The translations under genes were made by a program, and so were the position numbers. This document shows positions 1 through 10,057 of a DNA stretch of 64,000 bases, one piece after another. A model generated the notes under the pieces. The model made no database searches. It was not told the DNA's origin and was given only the letters and a program-made list of their open reading frames with translations. The stretch is from Christensenellaceae bacterium (GTDB taxonomy: Bacteria > Bacillota > Clostridia > Christensenellales > CALMFG01). Numbering within the stretch: position 1 is the first letter of the stretch; every line of letters starts with the position of its first letter. The DNA is taken from the NCBI GenBank assembly GCA_963674805.2, contig CAXXNY010000016.1:183990-247989 (forward strand), read 5' to 3'.

Positions 1-563
1 GCATAAAAATACCGGCCGATATAGGTTTTGTTAAGAATAAATGCGCCGATTAAAATAATGACCACCATGATGATAACCGGAATCGGCACCGGGCCAAAAT
101 ATCCCTGTCCTAAAACTTTTAGTGATTCCGGAAGACCATATACCGGCAGACCTCCGCTGATCACATATCCAAGGCCCTGAAGGATCTGCATCATGGCAAG
201 TGTGACGATTAACGGCGGCACATTGGTCTTGGATATAATAATCCCGTCTATCATCCCGACAATTGTCGTCGCTATGAGCCCAATCAGGCATGCCGCCACC
301 GGATGAAGCCCCACAACCGACACCATCACCGCGGTTAAAACGCCGACAAAGGACAGCTGCGATCCAACCGCAAGGTCAATGCCTCCGCTGATGAGTACAA
401 ACGTCATCCCGATTGCGACAATCGCCAGCATGGAAACCTGCCTTAAGATATTGACAAAGTTGCTTATGGTAAAGAATAGCGAATTGCCAATTGCGAACAG
501 GATGATTAAGACAATCAATACGAGTACGATCGCGTACTTCTTAAAAAACTTTTTTGCTTTCAT
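1..563 (-). CDS. CUT2 (ribose/RbsC-type) sugar ABC transporter permease. Only the N-terminal part is present, because the 3' end runs off the window.
   Basis: ATG at 561-563 (reverse strand), preceded by GGAG (571-580). My hand translation MKAKKFFKKYAIVLVLIVLIILFAIGNS...GGIDLAVGS... stays open to position 1 and is hydrophobic and RbsC/AraH-like. It is absent from the ORF track because it is truncated. Confidence 0.85.
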   Translation of the reverse strand, partial: MKAKKFFKKYAIVLVLIVLIILFAIGNSLFFTISNFVNILRQVSMLAIVAIGMTFVLISGGIDLAVGSQLSFVGVLTAVMVSVVGLHPVAACLIGLIATTIVGMIDGIIISKTNVPPLIVTLAMMQILQGLGYVISGGLPVYGLPESLKVLGQGYFGPVPIPVIIMVVIILIGAFILNKTYIGRYFY

Positions 564-576
564 TTATTTATTCTCC

Positions 577-2064
577 TCACTTATTGCCAGAAGCATAATT
601 TAATATTTTCTTTTTTGTATATTCAGGTTTCTCCATACGTTTAACCATTTCACCCTCAGCGAGTACAATGAGGCGGTCGGCCAGGCCGATAACCTCTTCA
701 AGCTCAGAAGAAATGAGTATGATGCTGATTCCCGTTTCCGCCAGCGAATTGATCAGTGCATATATTTCCTGCTTCGCTCCTACATCAATCCCCCTGGTCG
801 GTTCATCAAATATCAAAAGCTTTGATTCACTTGCCAGCCACTTGCTTAATACAATCTTTTGCTGGTTGCCGCCGCTTAATGTCGCGACCTTTTGATTCGG
901 GCTGGAAAGCTTAACACTTAACGCACGAATATAACGCTCAATTGATTTACTTTCCTTTTTAGTGCTGATGACGGAAAACCGGGACAGTGATTTAATAATC
1001 GGCAGCGTTATGTTCCATCTGATCGACAATTTCAAAATGGCGCCCTGGTACTTTCTGTCTTCCGGCACCAAGCCGATTCCGGCTGATATCGCATCTCGCG
1101 GAGATCTGATTTTTGTCTTTTTCCCCTCAAAAAATATTTCGCCGGATTCAACGGAATCAGCCCCGAATATCATTCTTACCAGCTCTGTTCTTTTTGCCCC
1201 CACCAGCCCGGCGATTCCGAATATTTCGCCTTTTTTCACTTCAAAAGAAATATCCTTTAATCCGTTACCGCATAAGTTTTTGACCTCAAGAAGCGTTTCA
1301 CCGATGTCCTTATTTCTTTCGCTGAATTTCTCTTTCAGCTCTTTCCCCACCATATGGTTGATGATTTCTTTGCGATTGGTATCCGCAGTGTTCATCGTGA
1401 TGATTTTTTTGCCATCCCGCATAACGGTAACACGGTCAGATATCTCAAAGATTTCTTCCAATCGGTGTGAAATATATAGAATTGTGACTCCTTTTTCCTT
1501 TAAACTTTTTATCAGCTTAAAGAGCATATCGACTTCTACATTGGTCAGCGGTGCAGTCGGCTCATCCATAATTAATAGCTTTACGTCTTTTGAAAGCGCC
1601 TTAGCGATTTCAACAATCTGCATATAGGCAACGGATAACCCTTTCACCTTGCTGGTCGGATCAATATCGATATGAAAAGAGTCCAGAATCTCCTTCGTCC
1701 TTTTTTGTATCTCTTTAAAATTAACAACAATCCCCCTTTTAACCTGATTCCCTAAAAAAACATTCTCTGCAACAGACAATGAGGAGACAAGGTTAAATTC
1801 CTGATAGATGACATCAATGCCCAGCAGACTTGAATGGTGCGGTGTCATTGACGAATATGTTTTGTCTTCAAAAATGATTTCTCCGCTGTCTGCAGTGATG
1901 GCTCCGGAAATAACTTTTATCAGTGTTGACTTTCCGGCACCGTTTTCGCCGACAATCGCATGGACCTCGCCTTTTTTGAATTCCACAGAGACGTCATCAA
2001 GCGCTTGAACCCCCGGATAACTCTTAGAAATATTTTTTAATGATAAAATGCTTTTTTCACTCAT
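577..2064 (-). CDS. Sugar ABC transporter ATP-binding protein with duplicated ABC domains (RbsA/MglA-like)
   Basis: 495 aa. Walker A GENGAGKST and signature LSGGNQQK are present, with a second ABC half. It lies between the SBP and permease genes. Confidence 0.93.
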   Translation of the reverse strand: MSEKSILSLKNISKSYPGVQALDDVSVEFKKGEVHAIVGENGAGKSTLIKVISGAITADSGEIIFEDKTYSSMTPHHSSLLGIDVIYQEFNLVSSLSVAENVFLGNQVKRGIVVNFKEIQKRTKEILDSFHIDIDPTSKVKGLSVAYMQIVEIAKALSKDVKLLIMDEPTAPLTNVEVDMLFKLIKSLKEKGVTILYISHRLEEIFEISDRVTVMRDGKKIITMNTADTNRKEIINHMVGKELKEKFSERNKDIGETLLEVKNLCGNGLKDISFEVKKGEIFGIAGLVGAKRTELVRMIFGADSVESGEIFFEGKKTKIRSPRDAISAGIGLVPEDRKYQGAILKLSIRWNITLPIIKSLSRFSVISTKKESKSIERYIRALSVKLSSPNQKVATLSGGNQQKIVLSKWLASESKLLIFDEPTRGIDVGAKQEIYALINSLAETGISIILISSELEEVIGLADRLIVLAEGEMVKRMEKPEYTKKKILNYASGNK

Positions 2065-2083
2065 TTTCTTATCTTCCTTATTT

Positions 2084-2108
2084 GAGGGGCTCTGAAACAG
2101 AACCCCTC
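2084..2108 (-). other. Intercistronic GC-rich hairpin just downstream of the SBP gene
   Basis: gaggggctctgaaacagaacccctc forms a GAGGGG/CCCCTC stem extended by TCTG/CAGA. No U-run follows on the minus strand, so it is more likely an mRNA-stabilising or partial-termination structure. Confidence 0.5.
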
Positions 2109-2127
2109 CAGCTCTTCCTTATTTCTT

Positions 2128-3123
2128 CTATTTGTTTGCAATATATTCGTCTACATTTGTAGAGTCAATTGTGACCATATCGAAATAAGTTTCTTTTTGT
2201 ACTTCTTCCCCATTTACGAGTGCAACGGCAGTCCGCAGCATTTCTCTTCCGACGGTTTTCTGATCCAATGTAATGGTTGAGCGGAAAATGGTTCCTTCGC
2301 TGATCAGCTTTAATGCTTCATCAACCGCGTCAACGGCGAAGAGACCGAAATCGTCGGTGTTCTTGCCGGCTGCGACAACGGATTCATAAACGCCCAGCAT
2401 ACCAGCGTCGTCAATCCCGCAGACAACTTTCATGTTCGGATGCGCCTGCATGAAGTTTTCTCCGACTTCAATGCCTTCCGGTGTGTATCCAGCCTGAGCT
2501 TTTGCAACGACAACTGCGTTCGGTGCATATTCTGCCAGGCCTGCTTCAATGCCTTTGCCGCGTTCCAGACATACCGGATTCAGCGTGTATTCGCCAATAC
2601 CCACTTCACAAACGCCGTCCTCAAATGTCGCATCAATGAAGTCTGCGGCGTTCTTAGCAATCAATTTGCCGAGTGCATAGTTGTCTACACCAAAGTGAGA
2701 ATCTGATGCATCAATCATTGTATCATAAGATACAATTTTGATACCCGCTGCTTTCGCTTTTTCAACTGTCGGAACAGTTGCTTCAGGGTCAAAACAGTGA
2801 ACGATAATCGCATCGCATCCAGCTGTGATAAAGTTTTCCAACCCGTTAATCTGGGTGTTTGGATCACTTTTCGCATCATTCAGCATTAATTCCACTCCCA
2901 GTACATCCGCCTCAGCCTCCATCTCATTATAAAGCTCTACCCAGATCGGATTTGAGATGTCCTGAATTGAAAAACCAACAATGATTTGGTCTTCCTCTGC
3001 TTCTGCAGCCGTTTCTTCTACCGCTGCTTCGCTTGTTGCTGCTTCGTCTCCTGCTGTTGTCTGACATGCGGTTAAACCAAAGATCATGAAAGCAACAAGC
3101 AAAAATACAACTACTTTTTTCAT
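2128..3123 (-). CDS. Sugar ABC transporter substrate-binding lipoprotein (periplasmic-binding-protein type I)
   Basis: I chose the internal start MKKVVVFLLVAFMIFGLTAC (lipobox LTAC), which has AAGGAG 7 nt upstream. The ORF-track start at 3165 lacks an RBS. Confidence 0.88.
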   Translation of the reverse strand: MKKVVVFLLVAFMIFGLTACQTTAGDEAATSEAAVEETAAEAEEDQIIVGFSIQDISNPIWVELYNEMEAEADVLGVELMLNDAKSDPNTQINGLENFITAGCDAIIVHCFDPEATVPTVEKAKAAGIKIVSYDTMIDASDSHFGVDNYALGKLIAKNAADFIDATFEDGVCEVGIGEYTLNPVCLERGKGIEAGLAEYAPNAVVVAKAQAGYTPEGIEVGENFMQAHPNMKVVCGIDDAGMLGVYESVVAAGKNTDDFGLFAVDAVDEALKLISEGTIFRSTITLDQKTVGREMLRTAVALVNGEEVQKETYFDMVTIDSTNVDEYIANK

Positions 3124-3238
3124 TCTTTTTCTCCTTATCATATTTTTGACTATTCCCCTAGCCAAATCTAAAACTTTTTTAATGGCTTAGTTAAATCATT
3201 GAAAGCCGCTGATTTTCCACGGTCTTGATTGAATGCCT

Positions 3239-4546
3239 TTATAAGCACCAATCAAGGATAAAGCTCGCATATATTTTGACGGATTCCATCAGCTCACTGA
3301 TTTTAAGCGATTCATTGTCACCGTGAACACCGTCATCTATTCCACCGGGCCCGCATACGATTGACGGAACCCCCAGTTCATCCAGATACGTTCCGTCACA
3401 AACCGCTCTGAATCCGGATACCACACAATCTCTGCCCAGTGCTTTTTTAAATGATTCCTTAAACATACGCACAGGCTCCGAGTCTTCATCGGTTACAAAT
3501 CCCGGCCAGAGCTGGCCCATCGGTCCGTTTATGTTCGGTGGATTAGCGATCAGCCAGTCATCGGTTGATGCCAATGCCGCAACGCGCTCACGGATCTCTT
3601 TCATGATTGCTTCCGCGCCGATTTCCGCAGGATGCCATACGGCATAAGTGATCTTTATCGTTTCGGGTACGGCCGCAATATAAGAGCCGCTCTCAACAAA
3701 AGACGGATTTATATTGAACGCGCCGACACCCTGTCTGTCATGGGTAGGCGTGCCGCCTGTGCCAACGCCGGATTGTTTCCACCGGTGATTCCATTCCTTC
3801 TCAAGGCGATAGAAGAATTCGATAAACGGCAGTGCCTTTTCCAGTGCGTCTACTCCGACTGTTCCGCCGCTGGCTAATCCTTTATTCTGCGGAAACATAA
3901 CCTGGTTTCTGCAGCAGATATGAGCAGATTTTCCCTTGATGATCAACTCAAAGCAAAGCAGGCTTGCGGTTGTGTTATGAAGCTCATTATTCGTCGGTTC
4001 GCATACCACGGCAAACGGTGCCTTGTATCCCCGTTTCACACAGGCGGCTGTGCCAATTGTCCCGCCCTCACAGGACTCCTCTCCGGCAACAATCTGCAGT
4101 ATGACATCTCCTTTAGGTTCTATCCCGCATTGTTTTATCGCATTAACCGCCATAATCGCCGCTGTCACACCGCCCTTCATATCGCACACGCCCCGCCCGA
4201 ATATACGCCCATCAATCTCGGTCGCCTTAAACGGGTCCGTATGCCATCTGTCCGGTTCTGCTACCAAGACGGTATCCACGTGGCCGTTGAGTACAAGGCC
4301 TTTTCCCTGGCCTGAGCCTTTTAACACAGCACAGATGTTCGGCCGCACGCCTTTTTCATCGGCACTGAATTTGTCGACCGCCAAGCCCATCTTTGTCAAT
4401 GCAGTTTCAATATAGTTCTGTACATCCACTTCTTTTATCTCGGTATCCAATCCGGAATTCACCGAATTGATTGAAACGATATCTTTCAAAAAGTCAACGG
4501 TTTCGGATGCATGATCGTCGATAAATTTAAATACTTTTTCCCTCAT
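3239..4546 (-). CDS. M20 family metallopeptidase/deacylase (ArgE/DapE/CPG2-like)
   Basis: Motifs GHVDTV, GRGVCDMKGG and AGEES are present. The start is set at MREKVF (GGAGG upstream), which removes the overlap with the aldolase gene. Confidence 0.8.
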   Translation of the reverse strand: MREKVFKFIDDHASETVDFLKDIVSINSVNSGLDTEIKEVDVQNYIETALTKMGLAVDKFSADEKGVRPNICAVLKGSGQGKGLVLNGHVDTVLVAEPDRWHTDPFKATEIDGRIFGRGVCDMKGGVTAAIMAVNAIKQCGIEPKGDVILQIVAGEESCEGGTIGTAACVKRGYKAPFAVVCEPTNNELHNTTASLLCFELIIKGKSAHICCRNQVMFPQNKGLASGGTVGVDALEKALPFIEFFYRLEKEWNHRWKQSGVGTGGTPTHDRQGVGAFNINPSFVESGSYIAAVPETIKITYAVWHPAEIGAEAIMKEIRERVAALASTDDWLIANPPNINGPMGQLWPGFVTDEDSEPVRMFKESFKKALGRDCVVSGFRAVCDGTYLDELGVPSIVCGPGGIDDGVHGDNESLKISELMESVKIYASFILDWCL

Positions 4547-4598
4547 CCCTTTTACGCTCCTTCCATTTGCAAATGTCCTTATCCGCTTATTTAACGGA

Positions 4599-5249
4599 TT
4601 ATAATTTGATTTCCTCTTTACCAAACATCTCTAATCTCATCCGATACAGTTCTCTTAACTTTTCATCTTCAATCGGATGTTCCCCGCCCAGCAATCCTGC
4701 GATTACGAGTGTCTTGGCTGTTTTTTCGATGGATTCGACTTTATTAAATGCGTCCCATATGTTTTTTCCGCCTGCGACCAGCCCGTGATTTGCGAGTAAG
4801 AATGTATCGGTTTTATCTATATATTTTTTTATACCCGTATATACTTCTTTTGTCCCGGGAGTTCCGTATTCAATCAGCGGTATCTTATCGAAGAGCACAA
4901 TCATCTCCGGATATGCTTTTGTCACGACCGGTTTTCTTGCGATCGCAAACGCCGTTGCATATGGCGAATGGTTATGAATAACGGAGGTGATATCATTCCG
5001 GAGGCGGTATATCTCCAGATGCAGCTTAACCTCTGATGACGGCTGATATTTCCCGCATACCACATTGCCGTCCAAATCCATCTCAACAATCATACGCGCC
5101 TTGACTTTCCCCTTGGATATTCCACCCGGTGTTACAAAAACACGGTCGCCTTTTCTGATAGAAACATTCCCTTCATATGTATTAACCATTTGTCTGTCAT
5201 ACATATAGCGTGTCATCTTTGTGATTTCTCTTTTAATTTTTAAGTTCAT
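4599..5249 (-). CDS. Class II aldolase/adducin-family protein (L-fuculose-1-phosphate aldolase-like)
   Basis: 216 aa with the HNHSPYATAF metal-ligand motif. It sits in a cluster with FucI and an FGGY kinase. Confidence 0.8.
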   Translation of the reverse strand: MNLKIKREITKMTRYMYDRQMVNTYEGNVSIRKGDRVFVTPGGISKGKVKARMIVEMDLDGNVVCGKYQPSSEVKLHLEIYRLRNDITSVIHNHSPYATAFAIARKPVVTKAYPEMIVLFDKIPLIEYGTPGTKEVYTGIKKYIDKTDTFLLANHGLVAGGKNIWDAFNKVESIEKTAKTLVIAGLLGGEHPIEDEKLRELYRMRLEMFGKEEIKL

Positions 5250-5389
5250 AAGTCTCCCTGCTCCTGATGCTTTTTATGTTAAATGGTATTACATACGAAA
5301 GTATTAATTTGCCTTTTATAAAAGTATTTTCTTTTCTAATCACAGAACATCTTGTTTTAAACACAGATGCTCAGTTGTTTTAAAAGAAC

Positions 5390-6610
5390 TTAGTTAACGG
5401 AAAGATTAAGCTTAGGCTCCATAAAGAAATCCTCTATTGCCAGAAAACATCCCCCTAATGCCGCTGACTGATAAAGCAGTTTGCCGACATCAATTTTCAC
5501 TTGGTCCATAATATAGTCGTTGATGTTGTTGCGTACGGCGTTTTGTATGGCGTTCATAAACACGCCGCCGATGTCTCCGTGCACGCCGCCGATAATAACA
5601 TGCGTACAGTCTAACGTTTTGATCACATTTGCAATTCCAATTCCGAGAACATTGCCCGCCTTGACCAGTATTTCTTTTGCATCTTCGTCTCCTGACACTG
5701 TTTTCTCAATGAAGAATCCGACATAATCATCGTTTTGTATCACCGGTACTTCGGCATTTATGCCTCTCTTCTTTTTCTTTTGTATATATTCTTCGATTAA
5801 GTATTTACTATTAACAAAGGTTTCCAGGCATCCCCGTTTGCCGCAAACACATTCCCGGCCTTCAATATCCATTTTCATATGGCCGATATAACCCGCATTC
5901 CCCATTTTTCCTTCATAAAGTTCGCCGTCGATAAAGACCGCCATCCCAATACCATTTCTGATCGCAATATACACAAACGACTTTTCCGTGTTCGGAACAT
6001 ACAGGTATTTTTCTACAAGGCCCAGCAAGTGGACGTCATTTCTGATATGGACTTTGATCCCGAGTCTTTCCTCCATTATTTTTACAATCTCAATCGGCGT
6101 TTTCCAGTCCTCTATTCTTTCAACAAAGACTGATATGTTCTTTGTTGTATCAATGATTCCGGGAACGCCTATTCCAAGACCGGCCACCTTCTCTCTCGGA
6201 ATCTGCAGCTCGTTCATGGCATCTTCACACAGTTTAATGAAAAAGTTCAGGACATCCATTTTTGACGCATCTTCGTCGAAATTCTCAATGCGCGAATAAA
6301 TAATTTTTCCCTTTAAATCGGATATTGCCAGACGAACGCATGTCACTGCAATATCCATACCCATTGAGAAAAATGACGTGGAATTCAACTGCAAGAGCGC
6401 TGGCTGCCTTCCTCCTGATGATTCTGCAAATCCGACTTTCTTAACGATGTCCTCCTTGATCATTTCCATCACAAGGTTCCTGACCGTCGGGTAACTGAGT
6501 TTTGTTTTTCTTACAATATCCTCAAGCGTAATCTCATCATAAAACCGGAGTGTATCCAGTATTAAATATCTATTTGCACGTTTAACAATTCTGTTATTGT
6601 TTCCTCGCAT
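5390..6610 (-). CDS. ROK-family transcriptional regulator (N-terminal wHTH plus ROK sugar-kinase fold)
   Basis: 406 aa. The N-terminal HTH-like segment is TLEDIVRKTKLSYPTVRNLV, and the ROK zinc motif is CVCGKRGCLE. Confidence 0.85.
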   Translation of the reverse strand: MRGNNNRIVKRANRYLILDTLRFYDEITLEDIVRKTKLSYPTVRNLVMEMIKEDIVKKVGFAESSGGRQPALLQLNSTSFFSMGMDIAVTCVRLAISDLKGKIIYSRIENFDEDASKMDVLNFFIKLCEDAMNELQIPREKVAGLGIGVPGIIDTTKNISVFVERIEDWKTPIEIVKIMEERLGIKVHIRNDVHLLGLVEKYLYVPNTEKSFVYIAIRNGIGMAVFIDGELYEGKMGNAGYIGHMKMDIEGRECVCGKRGCLETFVNSKYLIEEYIQKKKKRGINAEVPVIQNDDYVGFFIEKTVSGDEDAKEILVKAGNVLGIGIANVIKTLDCTHVIIGGVHGDIGGVFMNAIQNAVRNNINDYIMDQVKIDVGKLLYQSAALGGCFLAIEDFFMEPKLNLSVN

Positions 6611-6658
6611 TTTTCCTCCATTTGATTTTCTCTATATGATTAACGATTTCAATTCGTT

Positions 6659-8452
6659 TTATTTATATAATGCACCATACGCTTTACACGCCCGGTAATC
6701 AGCATTTTCCAGGTCATCCGTACCGAATGCATCCCATGATGACGGGCGGAAGATGCGTTTATCATCCACATTGTGAATACTGACCGGAATACGAAGCATT
6801 GATGCCAGTGTAATCAGTTCCGCACCTATATGCCCATAACTGAACGATCCGTGATTTGCCCCCCATCTTGCCATGACACTATATACATCTTTAAACGCGC
6901 CGCGCCCTGTGATATTGGGCACAAACCATGTTGTCGGCCATGTCGGCGTCGTGCGTGCGTTCAATATCGTGTGAATTTTCTCCGGAATATTGACCGCGTA
7001 ACCCTCCGCAATCTTCATAACCGGTCCAAGCTCTTTAACAATATTGAGCCGTATCAGGGTTATCGGCATCTCACCTTTTGTCAGCCACTCAGTTGAATAC
7101 CCGCCTGCGTTAAAGAACATCGCATCTGCCGTGCGCCATTTAACCGCTGCCATGCAGCGCTCCGCATCCTGCTGGTTCAGCTCATAGAACGGTTTAATCA
7201 CCGGTTGACCTTCTTTGGTCTGTTCTCCGGTTCCATCCAATGCCGCCGGTCCGGAGTTAAGCAGATGAATCATACCGTCTTTTGCACGCCCTGTCAGGCT
7301 TTCTCCGGTCACGCGTTTCACTGATTCCGGGCTCCAATATGTCCGCATGTCAGCAAATATCTGGGCGGATCCGGTCAGCATGTGGCCAAACAGCATCGCG
7401 GCCGCATTCAACGAATCATTTTCTGTAGCTAATATATAAGGCTGCCTGATCCCGGTCCAGTCAAAGGACGAATTCAGGATGGCTTCCATATAATCCCCTA
7501 CCGGAAACTGGTCGGTCCAATGCCTTTGTCCTTGAAACCCGGCACAAACCGCATTGTGTCCCAGCGCCTCTTCTTCATAACCTTTATCATTAAGCTGTTG
7601 ATTTCCAACCATCAAATCCCGCATAATCATTGCCATCTTGACAGATGTTTCCCATGCGGCATCTTTCTGCGCTCTTGAATGCTGCCTTTCTTCTGGGTTG
7701 GTATCTTCACCCTCTGCACAGTTGCTCCGAGTCCATTTTATTGCATCTTCATACTCTTGCTCATCAAATATTTTTTCTTCAATCCGTCTGATAAACTCAC
7801 TCATATCGACGGATTCATTCCTCATGCCAAGATAAGATTGAAAGAAATTCTGATCCACCATTGACCCTGCAATACCCATGCTCGTACCGCCGACCGATAA
7901 ATACGATTTATCTTTTATATATGCAACCGCAATACCGGCCTTCACAAACTGCAGAATACTTGCTTTAACATCATCAGGAATTGAATAATCATCTTTATCC
8001 TGAACCTCTCTGCTGTATATCATAAATGCGGGCAGTCCTTTTTGATCATGCGCCGCTAATACTGCCGTCAGATAAACGGCGCCGCCGATATCCGATCCGC
8101 TCGTTCCCCAAACCGCTTTGGGTATACACGGGGTCATGTCCATGGTTTCCGCACCGTAGCACCAGCTTTTGCTGATTGTCAGGGAAAGTCCCACGTTTTC
8201 ACGGGAAAACTGATCAGCACACATAGCCGATTCAGCCGCTCCTCCGATACATTTATCCGCTATGACACATTGTACCGGTAAACCATTCGGATGCCTGACA
8301 TTTTCACTGATGAATGCTGCAGTCTTTTTTGCCAGGAGCATAGTGGGTTCTTCATATATTTCTCTGACGCCCTTTACTCTGCCGTCAACTGCCGGACGGA
8401 TTCCCACTTTTGGCAATGCGCCGATTAATCGTTCTCCAACTGTGATATTCAT
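6659..8452 (-). CDS. fucI: L-fucose isomerase
   Basis: 597 aa. The N-terminus [19 protein letters not shown] and the overall length match my memory of the E. coli FucI pattern (PKIGIRPVIDGRRMGVRES). Confidence 0.9.
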   Translation of the reverse strand: MNITVGERLIGALPKVGIRPAVDGRVKGVREIYEEPTMLLAKKTAAFISENVRHPNGLPVQCVIADKCIGGAAESAMCADQFSRENVGLSLTISKSWCYGAETMDMTPCIPKAVWGTSGSDIGGAVYLTAVLAAHDQKGLPAFMIYSREVQDKDDYSIPDDVKASILQFVKAGIAVAYIKDKSYLSVGGTSMGIAGSMVDQNFFQSYLGMRNESVDMSEFIRRIEEKIFDEQEYEDAIKWTRSNCAEGEDTNPEERQHSRAQKDAAWETSVKMAMIMRDLMVGNQQLNDKGYEEEALGHNAVCAGFQGQRHWTDQFPVGDYMEAILNSSFDWTGIRQPYILATENDSLNAAAMLFGHMLTGSAQIFADMRTYWSPESVKRVTGESLTGRAKDGMIHLLNSGPAALDGTGEQTKEGQPVIKPFYELNQQDAERCMAAVKWRTADAMFFNAGGYSTEWLTKGEMPITLIRLNIVKELGPVMKIAEGYAVNIPEKIHTILNARTTPTWPTTWFVPNITGRGAFKDVYSVMARWGANHGSFSYGHIGAELITLASMLRIPVSIHNVDDKRIFRPSSWDAFGTDDLENADYRACKAYGALYK

Positions 8453-8559
8453 TGCGTCTCCATCTCAGAAATCTGTTTTCACATCAATCATAAGGCAAAC
8501 ACAGCATGCTTTCAATACTTTTTCATATGTGCTTATATATCTTTACACAATTTTTCAGG

Positions 8560-10035
8560 CTATTTTATTCTATTGCCAATAACCGTGTTTCTGAATGCCG
8601 TATAGGCATTATCCCATGCCTCAGTATCCTTAGGCAAATACTGATAAACCGGAGCAGAATTTTCAATAACACGCTTTCTATCCATGTCTCCGTTCAGTTC
8701 GCCTAACGCCTCCAGCTGAACCAAAGCATTACCCAAAACTGCGGCTTCTACGGATACAGCTCTGACTATTTTTTTTGTTGCATTGGCAGTATACTGACAT
8801 AGCAGTTTATTTTCCACGCCGCCTCCCACAATATATACCGTATCAAAATCGTTTTTATAAGCTTCACCAAGCTTTTCAAAGTAGTAACGGTAAAACATCG
8901 CCAGGCTTTGGGTAATACACTGAGCGAACTCTCCGACACTTTCCGGCACTTCCTGTCCGGTCCTGCGGCAATACGCCGCAATTTTAACCGGCATATTCCC
9001 GGGTGAGATTAGATCATCATCTTCAAGGTCTATAAAGTTTTTAAATAATACCTGCTGCCCCGCGCTGTCCTGCATGCCCTGATATGATACTGCTTTCCCT
9101 TTCGAAACCCAAAACGCCTTGCACTGCTGGAAATAGAACATCCCCATAATATTTTTAACAAACCGTTTTCTGCCGTTTAATCCGCCTTCGTTAACAAAAT
9201 CCCATATTGCTTTTTCATTAATAATTGGCTTTTCAACGTTGATCCCGATGATTGAACAGGTGCCGCTGCTGATAAAAAAGAATTCCTCCTCTACCACCGG
9301 AATTGACGCCACCGCCGAAGCGGTATCGTGGCTGGCGACGCTGATGACTTTTATGCCATCCGCACTCAGTTCGTTTTCTATCTGCTTCGTTACTTTACCT
9401 TTAATCGCTCCCGACGGTACGATTTTTTTAAATATCCTGCTCGGCAGTCCGATTTTATCCATGACGCCGGTCAGCCATTGATTTGTTTCAGGCGCCAGCA
9501 GGTTGGTTGTTGATGCCGCTGTATATTCATTCGACATTTCCCCTGTCAGAAAAAACTCAAAGATACCCGGCATTAATAAAAACTCATCCGCATGATTGAT
9601 TGTTTCGGGTTTTCGTTCAATCATCGAATACAGCTGGCACAGCGTACCAAACGGATGTATATATCCTCCCGTCAATTGAAGCAATTGCTGTTGGTCAAAA
9701 ACCCCATACAGTTTATCCAGCATGCCGACTGAGCGTTTATCCAGGTAATAGCACGGGTTAACCAACAACTCTTTATCTTTGTCAAAAAGACCAAAATCAA
9801 CCCCCCAGGTATCAATGCCCAAAGAGACAATCTCTTTGCCCGTCAAAATACTTTTGGATATGCCTTTTTTCATCTGCTGGAACAGTCGAAGCACATCCCA
9901 ATATTCCGATCCATTGATATCAACCGGATTATTATGAAACCGATAGGTCTCATTTAAGCTGATTTTCTCCCCATTAAAAGCGCATAGTACAACCCTGCCG
10001 CTGCTTGCACCCAGATCTATTCCCAAAACATTCAT
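8560..10035 (-). CDS. FGGY-family carbohydrate kinase (rhamnulokinase/fuculokinase-like)
   Basis: 491 aa with a RhaB-like N-terminus, GIDLGASSGRVV. Context suggests it acts as the ketose kinase of the fucose-type pathway. Confidence 0.8.
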   Translation of the reverse strand: MNVLGIDLGASSGRVVLCAFNGEKISLNETYRFHNNPVDINGSEYWDVLRLFQQMKKGISKSILTGKEIVSLGIDTWGVDFGLFDKDKELLVNPCYYLDKRSVGMLDKLYGVFDQQQLLQLTGGYIHPFGTLCQLYSMIERKPETINHADEFLLMPGIFEFFLTGEMSNEYTAASTTNLLAPETNQWLTGVMDKIGLPSRIFKKIVPSGAIKGKVTKQIENELSADGIKVISVASHDTASAVASIPVVEEEFFFISSGTCSIIGINVEKPIINEKAIWDFVNEGGLNGRKRFVKNIMGMFYFQQCKAFWVSKGKAVSYQGMQDSAGQQVLFKNFIDLEDDDLISPGNMPVKIAAYCRRTGQEVPESVGEFAQCITQSLAMFYRYYFEKLGEAYKNDFDTVYIVGGGVENKLLCQYTANATKKIVRAVSVEAAVLGNALVQLEALGELNGDMDRKRVIENSAPVYQYLPKDTEAWDNAYTAFRNTVIGNRIK

Positions 10036-10057
10036 TAAGCTAAATTCCCCGTTTCCC

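Noticed and set aside
962-1627. Long antisense ORFs inside ABC-transporter and other genes (e.g. 962-1627, 27211-27675, 54475-55017, 3920-4415, 10431-10784)
   Set aside because: These are shadow ORFs opposite well-supported genes. They lack RBSs and their products are low-complexity Ser/Ile/Phe-rich.
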